Source: Anaeramoeba ignava BMAN
Taxonomy: Eukaryota; Protista; Anaeramoebae
Reading direction: 5' to 3'
Assembly (NCBI GenBank): GCA_028826165.1
Contig: JAPDFW010000011.1
Location: 496,001-560,000 of the forward strand
DNA: 64,000 bases
The translations under genes were made by a program, and so were the position numbers. Within the stretch, counting starts at the first letter, position 1. Every line of letters starts with the position of its first letter. The notes below the pieces were generated by a model. That model had not been told where the DNA came from. It was given only the letters and a program-made list of their open reading frames with translations, and searched no databases. This document shows positions 10,163 to 25,186 of this stretch, piece by piece.

Positions 10163-13100
10163 TTAAAAGAAATTTTGATTTTGATTTTAATTTTGATTTT
10201 GATTTTGATTTTGATTTTGATTTTGATTTTGATTTTGATTTTGATTTTGATTTTGATTTTGATTTTTTTGATTTTGATTTTGATTTTGATTTTGATTTTG
10301 ATTTTGATTTTTTGATTTTGATTTTGATTTTGATTTTGATTTTGATTTTGATTTTGATTTTGATTTATATTTTGATTTTGATTTTGATTTTGATTTTGAT
10401 TTTCAATTTTATTGTTAATTTTATTTTCATTTTCATTTTCATTTTGATTTTGATTTTGATTTTGATTTTGATTTTTATTTTGATTTTTATTTTGATTTTT
10501 ATTTTGATTTATATTTTGATTTTCATTTTGATTTTGATTTAGATTTTGATTTTGATTTTGATTTTGATTTTGATTTTGATTTTGATTTTGATTTTGATTT
10601 TGATTTTGATTTTCATTGTTAATTCCATTTTTAATTTCATTGTTAATTCCATTGTTATTTTCATTTTTAATTTCATTGTTAATTTCATTTTCATTTTGTT
10701 TTTCATTTAAATTTTGAAAATAAATATCTCGAGAAACAGATTTTATCTCAGGACCACCACCATATTTCTTGTGAAGAAACTCCCAAGCTCTTTGATTAAT
10801 ATATAAATAATGATAACCCAAAATCATTTTTTTTCTGAGAGTCTTTTGGTCATCAAGCAAAAGAACGTTATTATCAATAATACCAGGAGGAGGAAAATCT
10901 ATGCAATGAGAACGAATATAAAACTTCCATTTCTGACCCCAATTTGCAGATATAAGATAATAAAAATCATCTTTTTCAAAAGAAGTGGGATTAATTTTTT
11001 CCATAATTTGAAGTTCTTCAAACTTTTCTTTTTCCATTTCCTCAATTTCTTGCATACACTCATTGCATTCAGTGAAATCCTGTATTAATTCAGTGTCTCC
11101 ATATAAACTTGTGATTTTTTGCCATAAAGGTTTATCGACATATAAGATGCGATTTCTGATTTGGATCGGGATTTGGATTTTGGGGTTTTTTGGCGGAATT
11201 TTGGTTAAATGGTTCAAATACTTGAGTTTTCCATGTTTGCAAACCAAATCACAATTCAATATTTGGCCTGGATTATACATTGAATATAAATTGCTGAGCC
11301 AAATCCTTGAAAGACCGAAAATATGAGGATTTTTTTGGATTTGGTCGTGTGTGAATTTTTTTTCGATATTTTGGGAGCATTTTACAATTTGATGATATAA
11401 TTGAATATGTTCTGATTGATGAGTTGCGGTTCTTTTCCGTTGATAAAACAAAATATAAGCTTCTGATTTGAGAACTTCTTTTTCAGAAACCTGAGTAACA
11501 ATTGAATCATTGAACAAATACCATTTGTTATCATATTCGTTCAATGAATAGCACAAATAGTGGCCATAACTCGCGCCGCCGCTATGAATAACGACAGCGA
11601 ACAAATCATAAGTTATTTTTCCGTTATTTTTGCCTGATATAAAATTTGTCAAGTCCAGATTTTTGCTGGGAAAGGAAACACTTGTTGCGATTTTGTTGTT
11701 CCACAATTTCCCGTATTGAAGTCTTTTAAAATGTATTGCTAAAATTTCTGGAAAAAATGTAAATTCTATTTTCTTTCTTGCGGTTGTTTTCTTCTTGCAT
11801 TTTTCGCAGTGGTATTTGTTTTTGCCTTCCAATTTAATTTCTCGGCAAAATAGCGTAAAACAATCTTCTAATGAGAGTGTTTCTGAGGAAAAGAAGTTGA
11901 AGAAATTGAAAAATTTTGAGAAGGAAAAAGACATTGGGACTAAACAAGAGGATGGAGCAAAAGAAGATTTGAGATTGTAATTATCATAATCGTCCTCTCC
12001 ATCATATTCATTTGGATTTTGGAAATTTTCCTTCTTGTTTTCTTTTTCGATATCGTTTTTATTTTGTTCATTTTCTCCCTTTTCGATATCGTTTTTATTT
12101 TGTGGTATTTGAAGTGATAATGTGAAAAAATTATCAATCTTTTTGGAAATTGTTCCACAATTTTCGCAAGTAATTGAGCTTTGGTAAGTGCCTTCAAATA
12201 ATTTTGAAATAATACTATCGAATCGAGGAACAGCATTTAAAATTTCATCATTTTGATTTTGATTTATATTTTGATTTTGATTTTGATTTTGATTTATATT
12301 TTGATTTTGATTATTTTCATCAGAATCTGAACTTAATTCAATCTCTATTTCTTTTTGTAGTTGTTTTTTCACTTCTCGATTTTCAATATCTTGGAATTTT
12401 TGAGGATGAAATTCATGGCATTTATCTCTAAAATTTTTAGAAAGAATTGAATCGAAATGTGATAATAAAAATATCAATAATTCTTGAGCATCATGTTGAT
12501 CAAATCCAGCAAAAAATTTATTTATTTTGCCCAATTCTCTTAAAAGACTAACTGGTTTAATTATTGATGAATTTCCTTTCCAAACTGTATAAATATACTC
12601 ATAAAAATGATATAATAGAGAATCAAAACGATCTGCGAAATCAAAAGTACAATCAAGTAAATATTTTTTGAGAGGAACACATGAAGAAAGAGCTTGAAGT
12701 ATTGAGTTGAAATAGCAAGTGTTTCCTTGGTTAATTAATCCACTAATTCCGAGTGTGTTATTTGGTTGATCTGGGATATTTAGTAAATTTCTAAGTTGGT
12801 TAAGTATTGTATATTCCTCAGTATCAGAATTCAATATTTGATATATTTTTTTTTCTTTTTGATTTTGATTTTGATTTTGATTTTGATTTTGATTTATATT
12901 TTGATTTTGATTTTGATTTTGATTTATATTTTGATTTATATTTTGATTTTGATTTATATTTTGATTTATATTTTGATTTTGATTTATATTTTGATTTATA
13001 TTTTGATTTATATTTTGATTTTGATTTATATTTTGATTTTGATTTATATTTTGATTTTGATGTTGGTCTTGATGTTTTTGATTTTGATTTTGATTTATAT

Positions 13101-14583
13101 TTTGATTTATATTTTGATTTTGATTTATATTTTGATTTTGATTTTGATTTTGATTTATATTTTGATTTTGATTTTGATTTTGATTTATATTTTGATTTAT
13201 ATTTTGATTTATATTTTGATTTATATTTTGATTTTATATTTATATTTTGATTTATATTTTGATTTATATTTTGATTTATATTTTGATTTTGATTTTGATT
13301 TATATTTTGATTTTGATTTATATTTTGATTTTGATTTATATTTTGATTTATATTTTGATTTTGATTTATATTTTGATTTTGATTTATATTTTGATTTTGA
13401 TTTATATTTTGATTTTGATTTATATTTTGATTTTGATTTTGATTTTTATTTTGATTTTGATTTTTGATTTTGATTTTGATTTTGATTTTGATTTTGATTT
13501 ATATTTTGATTTTGATTTTGATTTATATTTTGATTTTTGATTTTATTTTGATTTTGATTTTATATTTTGATTTATTTTGATTTTGATTTTGATTTTGATT
13601 TTGATTTATGTTTTGATTTTTGATTTATATTTTGATTTATTTTGATTTTTGATTTATATTTTGATTTTGATTTTGATTTTGATTTTGATTTTTATTTTGA
13701 TTTTGATTTTGATTTATATTTTGATTTATATTTTGATTTATATTTTGATTTATATTTTGATTTTGATTTTGATTTATATTTTGATTTTGATTTATATTTT
13801 GATTTTGATTTTGATTTTGATTTTGATTTATATTTTGATTTTGATTTTGATTTATATTTTGATTTTGATTTTGATTTATATTTTGATTTTGATTTTGATT
13901 TTTGATTTTTGATTTTGATTTATATTTTGATTTTTGATTTTTGATTTTTGATTTTGATTTTGATTTTGATTTTGATTTATATTTTGATTTATATTTTGAT
14001 TTTGATTTTGATTTTGATTTTGATTTTGATTTTGATTTTGATTTTGATTTTGATTTTGATTTTGATTTTGATTTTGATTTTGATTTTGATTTTGATTTTG
14101 ATTTTGATTTTGATTTTGATTTTGATTTATATTTTGATTTATATTTTGATTTATATTTTGATTTTGATTTTGATTTATATTTTGATTTTGATTTATATTT
14201 TGGTTTTGATTTATATTTTGATTTTGATGTTGGTCTTGATGTTTTTGAAAATATTTTTCAAAATTTATTGAAATGTTGGTAATCTTATTATTTTCAAGAA
14301 ATTCCAAAGAACAATCAAAACAAATAACACTTTTTGAAGATAAATTAAGAAATAAAGAATGTTTTGATGCAAGATAATGTTCATAAATATGCATATTTTG
14401 ATAATAACAACCAACATAAGAACAATTTTTATTTAAACATAAAAATAAAGGTTCCACTTTTTTTCTACAAGAATTACAATTTAAAAAGGGTATTTTATAA
14501 ATTAATTGACTTTGTTTTAATTTTTCTTCTAAATGTTTTATTTTAATTTCTTTTAAATGATAACAAAAATTTGTTTTTTTCAT
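10163..14583 (-). CDS. USP20: ubiquitin carboxyl-terminal hydrolase, USP20/USP33-like (ZnF-UBP, long N/Q/I tract, USP catalytic domain, two DUSP domains); frameshifts lie inside the microsatellite tracts
   Basis: ZnF-UBP CNSC...LFLCL...C..VGC...H...H...H (ORF 13876-14583); Cys box GLINQGNTCYFNSILQAL; QHDAQE; His box HSGGASYGHY...WYLFNDS; SRIW...NPGQILNCDLVCKHG and PPGIIDN...YGGGPEI match the USP20/33 DUSP domains. The likely true stop is QNFF*TAA at 10163-10165. Confidence 0.88.
12860..14225 (-). repeat. ~1.4-kb coding microsatellite (CAAAAT/ATAAAT)n encoding N/Q/I within USP20/33
   Basis: I see no GT donor on the coding strand; the tract reads in frame into QKEKKIYQILNSDTEEY of the catalytic region. 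Confidence 0.85.
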
Positions 14584-14673
14584 TTCAATTTAAATTTTTT
14601 AAAAGAAAAAAATAAATTTTTCATTTTTTTTTTTCATTTTTTTTTTCATTTTTTTTTTAATTTTTTTTTCTTA

Positions 14674-16593
<1,920 letters not shown>

Positions 16594-16684
16594 ACTTTTA
16601 ATTTGTTTTTTTTCTTTTTTTTCTTTTTAAAAATTTGGAAGATTTGATATTTTTTTTTTCTCACAAATGAAAAATCTTTATCAA

Positions 16685-19600
16685 TTATTTTTTCAATAAT
16701 TCATTTTCCTTTTTCAATAATTCAATTTTCTTTGATAAACTGGAAAGAATTTTCTTTTTTTCATTAATTTTATCATTAAACACTTTTTGATAATGAAAAG
16801 CTTTTTTCTCCAAACGTTGAATTTCGAGAATTTGATAATCACTTCCTTCAAGCCCATCTTCAATAATTGTTTGCAAATGCTTTGAAACTTTGATTGATTG
16901 AATATCTTTAATTTCCAAATCAAGTTTATCAATTTGCATTTCTTTCTCTAAAATTTTCCACTTTGTTTGAATAATTTCTTCTTTTTTCTCAAAAATGGAT
17001 TTCAATAAAATCACTCTTTTTTCACATAAATTTTTAATCACATTATTCAATCTATCAACTGCATTCCGATTCACAAGAACACATTCTCCTTGATCGTTAT
17101 TATTGTCCCAATCAACTTCAATTTCAGTTTCAATTTGTCCTTGATCCATTCGAACGAGAACATCATAATTTTTTCTTATAAATTCCAGTTCTTGTTCGCA
17201 TTCGGTTTTTTTTTTAAATTTCTTGTTGATTTCACGTTCTATTCTTTTTTCTTCTCGTTGGATTCTTCCAATATATTTCTTTAGTTTATTTATTTTTTGA
17301 TGTACTTCATTCATTTCTTCTTCTTGTATTTTTTTCTCTTTCTTCATTTTTTTGAAAAGTGAATAATTTTCAGGTTGGAATTCTGTTTGGTTTTTTGGAA
17401 GTTCTAAAAATTCGCAAAATTCATTAAAAGGAAATTCTTGGGAATTTTTTTCATGGTTCATTTCCTCGTGATTCGATGCTTCTTTCTTAATAAATTGTTC
17501 CATTAATTTAGGAAATATTTCTAAGTGCGAAAATTCGGATGAAAATCGAATTGTGATTTTCTTGTTTTTCTCCTTCATTTCTTGATATTTTTCATTTAAC
17601 TCTTTCATTTCTTGTTCAGAATCATTTAAAATGATAATCCATTTTGCCTTTTCATTATTTAAATCTCGAAGAAATTCTGAAAGGGTTTGAATTTTTTTGT
17701 GCGTTTTTTCTTGTTCCAAATTCCACTTTCTCAACCGTGAATCCATAAGTTGTGTTTCATAAATCAGTCTCAATGACTCTTCTTTAAATCTTGTCAAATC
17801 TTCAATTCTTTTTTGGAATTGTTCATTAAGACTCTCAATTTCTTGCTTCATTTTTTCTTTTGCTTTTTCAAGGAAAATTCTTCTTTTTTTCCTTTCTTCT
17901 GAAATTATTTTTAATTTCTTTTGGAATTCATTAAAAACAAGCAGTTCTTCTCGATTCATTTCATTTTTTGGTTTGTTATCAATCCCCATTTTCTGCATTT
18001 GATCTTGAATTTTTTCTTCTTCTGTTTTCACTTCTGCTTGTAAAACCCCATTCATCATATTTTGAAGAGCAAGTTTTGATTCTTGCAAAATTTCATTTTG
18101 ATTTTGATTTTGATTTTGATTTTGATTTTGATTTTGATTTTGATTTTGATTTTGATTTTCTTTTTGATTTTGATTTTGATTTTCATTTTCATTTTCATTC
18201 TCTTTTTCTGGATCATTTGTTTCAATAAATTTTTCGAAATTCTCTTCTTTTGTAATATAAAAAGAATCCCAATCTAAACTATTCGTTTCATTCCTCTTTT
18301 CATTTTCAAATTCCACTTTTTTCTCTACAATATTTTTCAATTCCTTTTCAATTTCTTCCATTCTATCTTTTTTCTCTTGAATTAAATTGATAATTTCAAT
18401 TTTTCTTTGAAGAGCTTTCTCAAATTCCAAATTAAATTTATTTTTGACTTCGCGAATAAAAGATCTATAAAGAATTCTCTGTTCATTGCATACGGATTCA
18501 CTTGATAATTCATAAGGTAAATAAAAGATTAACTGAGTATTTGAAAGTAAATTGTTTATAGATTCACCTTTTTGTCTTCTTGTTTCTAAATAGCTCAAAA
18601 GAAAAGGATGTGCCTCATTTTCTTGTATTTGTTTTCTGCTGAAATTTTGGGAGGATCTTGATAGTCTTCCATTTGTTGTCCTTCTTGAATTAGAACGAGA
18701 AATTTGTGGTAAATTTTTGGAAGATTCTCTTCTCATTAATGAATTCATACTTTTCCTATTTTCCAATGAACTTTTTATTTGCTGTATTCTTTTTCTCTTG
18801 ATTTCCTGTTCTTCTTTTTCTTGTTCTTCTTCCTTTTCATCTTGTTTTTTGATCGAGAAGTTTGCGACTTTCAAATCACCTGAAAAGGTTCTTAGTATTT
18901 TGGGTGGGACAAGCATTTGTTCCCAAATATTTTCCTTGATATTTTTCCATTCCTTTTTCTTCTCTTCAAGTTTTTGTTTGAATTGTTTTTCTTTCTCATC
19001 AATTTTTTGCTTTCTTTGCGCTTCTCTCCATTCCTTTTGATAAAAATCAATATCCAACTCCTCTGTATTTAATTTTGCGAGATTATCATTTGGTAATTTT
19101 CCATTTCTCAAAATAATTTCTTCATAATTTTTTCGAAGCTCTTCTAATTTTTGCTGAAAAAGATTCCGAACTTGTGAAATTTTGTTATTTTGCTCTTTTC
19201 TCAAATTTTCTTCAATTTTTTCTTGGAATGAAAGTGTTTCATTGAATTTTCTCGAATAAATCCGAACTTCTTCATTTCCAGTAATGTTTGGTTCCTCTAT
19301 AGATTTTGATTGGAAAAGGAAAACACTCGAATCATCAAATATCAAAGCTGTAATAAATTCTTCATGGGAAAGGTAATTTGTGCAAATAGATAAACAAGAA
19401 TTTGTTTGAATAAGCTTTTCTAAGCGATCTGGAAAAGAATCCAAAGGAAATTTTCTTTGTAAATTTGTATTATTGAGGGTTTTCTGTATGAGAATCTTTA
19501 CTTCCAATTTTTTTGTTGGGTTTATTGGGAATGTTTTTGGAATAATTACACTTCTATTGGAAATGGGGATTGAGATTATTAAATCTTGATTTTCATCTTT

Positions 19601-21224
19601 TCTTGTTTGAATAGAATTGAATAATTGCATTGCATTTTTCTCTTCATTTCCAAAACGATTTTCTTGATTTAATGAAAAGAAGTCTAAATATCCTCTAATT
19701 TGAATATAATCTGTTTTTTGGTTCATTTCTAATAAAAACAACCCACAATCTTCAGAAGAATAGATAACAAAATAATTGTATATATCATTAGAAAATTCGC
19801 TCAGAAAAATAATATCAGAAATTCTTTTTGAATTGATTGTTTCTTGAAAAATGGTTTTGTAATTGATGGATGTGGATGATTCCTTGAACAATCGAAGGAA
19901 AATAATTTCATTATTTGTTGTTGCTAAAATTAGTAAATTATTTGAAATTAATGAAGCTGTAATTAACCCTCCCTCAATTTGGATTCTTTGAGTATGAGGC
20001 AAATACAAACACGGAAATATAAGTAATTCCCTCAGTGTACAGATAACAATTGAGTTGTTTATATCGATTTTTCCCATATTGATGATTTGTGTTTCTTGGA
20101 TGCAATGGAAATGATATTTTGGGTTTTGGTTAAATTTGAGATCAGAAAAATTGGAATTTAAAGGAATCATTTGCATTTCTGCTTGAGAAAATTTCAGATA
20201 AACTAAACTATTCAATTCTTTTGAAACGAAAAAAAGATCGATTTTTGGGAAATTATCGACTAAAAATTGATCAATTAATAATCTATTTCTGGTATCTTTT
20301 TTTTGGATTGGGAATAAATTTTGAGAAAAGATTTGATAAAGATGTTTTTGAGATAAAAAAATGAAACTATTTTTGGAAATGGAAGAAAATAGGTCAATAT
20401 AGCAATTCTTGAAAATTGATAACCATTGAACATGAGATTTTTCTGAATTTTTGATAATTTTTGTAGCAAAAAGTCCATTTGAAGTTGCACAAAACAAATT
20501 GTCATCTTCATCTAAAAGGATATCATTTATGATCATTTGGGATTCTATTTGATGAAACACTTTAGGCAAATTAAGCGTGTTTGTTGATAAAACTATTCGT
20601 TGATCCCATTCAATCATTTCTATTTGAAGAATGATTCTTTGGAGTTGAATAAAGGAAAATAGAATTATTTTTGGGATGGAAAGTGATAGTTGGATGAATT
20701 GGATTTTGGATAAAATCTCTTTCATTTTCTATGGGACTTAATTGTTCAACTGTTTCTAAAATTGTTTTTTTCATGCTTTGCTTAAAAATGATTTTGGGAG
20801 TTTCATTCTTTAAATCCCAAATTATTAATTCGAAATGAGGTTGAGAAGAACAAGCAATCATTTTTAATCCATCTGAAGAAAAGCAAATTGTTTGAAATTC
20901 TAATTGATTTTGTTCTTTTCCAAGAAGAAAAATTTGTTTCATTTCTGAATTTAAAATTTCAATAAAACTTTTTGTTCCATTTTGTTTTGATTTTTTTAAT
21001 CCTATTGCAATAAAATTTCTTTGTAAATTTGTTTTAAACGTTGTAATTTCATTTTCTAATTTGCAAGTGTAAAAGATTTTTTGTTTTTTTTCTAATAAAG
21101 AATAAAAGGATAATGTTTTTTTGGAAGATTGAAAAATGATTCCTTTTTTTTTGCTTTTTTTTTCTTTTAAAAAAATTGTGAAAAAATCTGGTTTAATATT
21201 TGTTTGAATTGAAAATGGAAACAT
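16685..21224 (-). CDS. CFAP43: cilia- and flagella-associated protein 43 (WDR96)-like, divergent; frameshift near 20640
   Basis: N-terminal FSSDG...SSQPHFELIIWD...ITFHPKN resembles the first CFAP43 WD region. ALQNMMNGVL and the C-terminal VLVRMDQGQIE...VLVNRNAVDRLNNVIK...KW...EMQIDKL..EIKDIQSIKVSK match the CFAP43 coiled-coil signature (LKQGQVE...LIN...IE.LN..IR). Confidence 0.8.
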
Positions 21225-21386
21225 TTGTAAAAAGAAAAATAAAATGCAAAATAAAAAATTTGATTTTTCTTTTAAATTTGACTTTGATTTGTTTTTTTAA
21301 ATTTGACTTTGATTTGTTTTTTTAAATTTGACTTATATTTACAAGAAAAATAATTTAAGATTTGAAAATGAAATTTTCATCATCTC

Positions 21387-24300
21387 TTATTTTCTTGATG
21401 TTCTTTTGTTTTTTTTGTTTTTTTCTTGTTGAGAATGTTTATGTTTTTTTGATTTTGATTTTTTTGATTTATATTTTGATTTTGATTTTGATTTTGATTT
21501 TCTTGTTTTTATAATTTTGTTATTTTTTGAATGTTTATGTTTTTTTTTGGGAATTTTTGATTTTGGTTTTTTTGGTTTTGATTTTTTTGATTTTAATTCT
21601 TTGAGAATAGAAGATAAAGGAGCATTTTCATTAAGAAATTTTTTAGAGTTTACTTTGATATAAATTGGAACTTTTTTGGTAATTTTTTTAGAGTGAATGT
21701 TTTGTGAATTTTGATTTTCTTTATCATCATTTTCAGAATCATATTTCTTATTTCTATTTTTCTCAAATTTTTCATTATCACTTTTATAATCATTTTCACT
21801 TTGATACTCATTTTCACTTTGATACTCATTTTCAATTTGATTTTCATTTTCAATTTGATTTTCATTTCCATTTTCATTTTCATTTTCATTTTCATTTTCA
21901 TTTTCATTTTGATTTTCATTTTCATTTTGATTTTCATTTTCATTTTGATTTTCATTTTCATTTTCATTTTCATTTTCATTTTCATTTTCATTTTCATTTT
22001 CATTTTCATTTTCACTTTGATACTCATTTTCACTTTGATAATCACTTTGATAATCACTTTGATACTCATTTTCATTTTGGATTTCATTTTCATTTTGATT
22101 TTCATTTTGGATTTCATTTTCATTTTGGATTTCATTTTCATTTTGATTTTCATTTTCATTTTCATTTTCATTTTGGATTTCATTTTGATTTTGGATTTCA
22201 TTTTGATTTTCATTTTCATTTTGATTTTCATTTTCATTTTGATTTTCATTTTGATTTTGATTTTCATTTTCATTTTGATTTTCGTTTTCATTTTCATTTT
22301 GATTTTGATTTTCATTTTCATTTTGATTTTCATTTTCATTTTGATTTTCATTTTCATTTTCATTTTGATTTTCATTTTCATTTTGATTTTCATTTTCATT
22401 TTCATTTTCATTTTCACTTTGATACTCATTTTCAATTTGATTTTCATTTTCATTTTGATTTTCATTTTCATTTTCATTTTCATTTTCATTTTCATTTTCA
22501 TTTTGATTTTGATTTTCATTTTCATTTTGATTTTCATTTTCATTTTCATTTTCATTTTCATTTTCATTTTGATTTTCATTTTCATTTTTTGGATTTTCAT
22601 TTTGATTTTCATTTTCATTTTGATTTTCATTTTGATTTTCATTTTGATTTTGATTTTCATTTTGATTTTCATTTTCATTTTCATTTTGGATTTCATTTTG
22701 GATTTCATTTTCATTTTGATTTTCATTTTCATTTTCATTTTCATTTTCATTTTCACTTTGATACTCATTTTCATTTTGATTTTGATTTTCATTTTGATTT
22801 TGATTTTGGATTTCATTTTCATATTCACTTTGATAATCATTTTGATTTTGATTTTGGATTTCATTTTCATTTTGGATTTCATTTTCATTTTGGATTTCAT
22901 TTTCATTTTGATTTTCATTTTGGATTTCATTTTCATTTTCATTTTGATTTTGGATTTCATTTTCATTTTCACTTTGATAATCACTTTGGTAATCATTTTC
23001 ATTTTCATTTTTATTTTCATTTTCATTTTCATTTTCATTTTCATTTTGATTTTCATTTTCATTTTGGTTTTCATTTTCATTTTCATATTCATTTTCACTT
23101 TGATTTTCATTTTGATACTCATTTTCATTTTCATTTTTATTTTCATTTTCAATTTCATTTTCATTTTCATTTTCATTTTCATTTTCATTTTCATTTTCAT
23201 TTTCATCATCGCATTCAAGATCATTTTCAGTAATAAAAATTTTCTTTATAAATCCTCCAAAAGCAGCTAATCCTCTTTGAAAAAATGATTTATTTTGAGA
23301 TTTTTTTGATTGATTTTGTTGATTTACTTCCCTTTGTTCTTCATTTTGATTTTGATTTAAATCATTTTCTTCTTTTTGTTCTTGTTTTGTTTCATTTTGT
23401 TGATTTAATTCATTTTGTTTTAATTGATTTAATTCATTTTGTTGATTTAATTCATTTTGATCTTGATTTAATTCATTTTGTTGATTTAATTCATTTTGAT
23501 CTTGATTTAATTCATTTTGTTGATTTAATTGATTTAATTCATTTTGTTCATTTTGTTGATTTAATTCATTTTGATTTTGATTTAATTGATTTTGTTGATT
23601 TACTTCCCTTTGTTCTTCATTTTGATTTTGATTTAAATCATTTTCTTCTTTTTGTTCTTGTTTTGTTTCATTTTGTTGATTTAATTCATTTTGATTTTGA
23701 TTTTGTTGATTTAATTCATTTAATTCATTTAATTCATTTTGTTCATTTTGTTGATTTAATTGATTTTGATTTAATTGATTTAATTCATTTAATTGATTTA
23801 ATTCATTTTGATCTTGATTTAATTCATTTTGTTCATTTTGTTGATTTAATTCATTTTGTTGAGTTAATTGATTTAATTGATTTAATTCATTTTCTTCTTT
23901 TTGTTCTTGTTTTGTTTCATTTAATTGATTTAATTGATTTAATTCATTTTCTTGATTTTTTGGGATTTTCGTTCGTAAATTAGATAAATTTTTTAAATTA
24001 GAAATTGTGAGCTTTTTTCGATTTGAAAATTTAAATGAATTCTGGTTTGTATTATTAGTAATATTATCATTATTTGGTGTTTTCTCTTTTTTACAAGCAG
24101 ACAAATCAGCATTCGAATTAGAAAAATTACGAAACACAGATAAAATAGGGAAACGAGAAGATTTGGATTTTGATGAAATATTTGAGAATTTTATATTAGG
24201 AATTTTTTTAACAGAAGGTTTCAAATTTTGTTTTATTTGTGTGCTTAATTTTGTATTTTTCTCATTTTTTGAATCTATTTGTGAAATATATTCATGATTA

Positions 24301-25009
24301 GTATCAAAAGTATTTCTTCTTGGGAATTCAATTGAAGATTGTGAATTTTGTTGAATAGTTGGAAGAGAAGATCCTCTTATCAAATTTTGTGATTTTTCTT
24401 TTTTGATTGAATATGAAAATTTTGGTGTTTCTAAATTAGATTTTATTCTTGATTTATGTTTTCTTCTTGATTTGAGGGATTTTTTAATTGGATTTAAATT
24501 TAGATTTTGATTTTGATTTTGATTTTGATTTTGATTTTGATTTAGATTTTGATTTAGATTTTGATTTTGATTTTGATTTTGATTTTGATTTTGATTTTGA
24601 TTTTGATTTTGATTTTGATTTTGATTTTGATTTTGATTTTGATTTTGATTTTGATTTAGATTTGAAAAATAAAACCCATTTTGTTTGAGGTAGAAATCTT
24701 GTAATTTCATGTCTCTAATCTCAAAAGGAATTGAATCTATTTCTTTCTGATATTTTTCTTTGATTTTAGTAATAGTATTTTTTGAATGATCGAGAATCAT
24801 TTGTAAATGATTTGAAACTAAATTGTTTGTTTATCAAAAGAAAAAAGAAAATAATTATTTATTAAATGAATTTGAATTGATTTTGATTTAATAACCGTTG
24901 AGTTTATTTATTCTCAAGATCAAATCAAATTATTTTAAAAAAATTTACTTTCTTGTTCAAATTTAATTTCCAAATAATTATTATTATAATTATTATTAAA
25001 ATTATTCAT
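21387..25009 (-). CDS. Borealin/Nbl1 N-terminal domain protein with a very long N/Q/E low-complexity region and a basic tail (2 exons)
   Basis: Exon 25009-24949, GT-AG intron, then exon from 24817 gives ...KFEQEISNHLQMILDHSKNTITKIKEKYQKEIDSIPFEIRDMKLQDFY. This parallels Borealin FDREVE.R...LL..V...Y..EI..LP..LREM...DYF. Confidence 0.65.
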
Positions 25010-25186
25010 TTTCAAAAGATAAATTTAAAACGAAAAAATATAATAAAGAAAAGCTTTTTTTTGTTATAAAGATAACGGTTAAAAAAAAAATGAAAAAAAA
25101 AATAAAAATAAAAAAATCAAAAAAAATCAAAAAAAATAAATATTCGTTAAATTCCAATTTCTAAAATAAATAAAAAATTCAAAACA

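Noticed and set aside
10048-10312. Poly-KI C-terminus of the 928-aa USP ORF
   Set aside because: A frameshift artefact in the NQ tract; the natural end is QNFF* at 10163.
10163-12834. Possible intein in the USP, or in the ARP insertion
   Set aside because: No Hint-type C/S...HN-C/S/T boundaries or LAGLIDADG motifs; the insertions are low-complexity.
12796-14282. Plus-strand ORFs of poly-(IL), (DF) and (IY)
   Set aside because: Antisense readings of the CAAAAT microsatellite in USP20/33; they are stop-free only because of the repeat.
21650-23983. 500-aa poly-MK, FH and IF ORFs overlapping the Borealin-like gene
   Set aside because: Alternative-frame and antisense products of GAAAAT/CAAAAT repeats.
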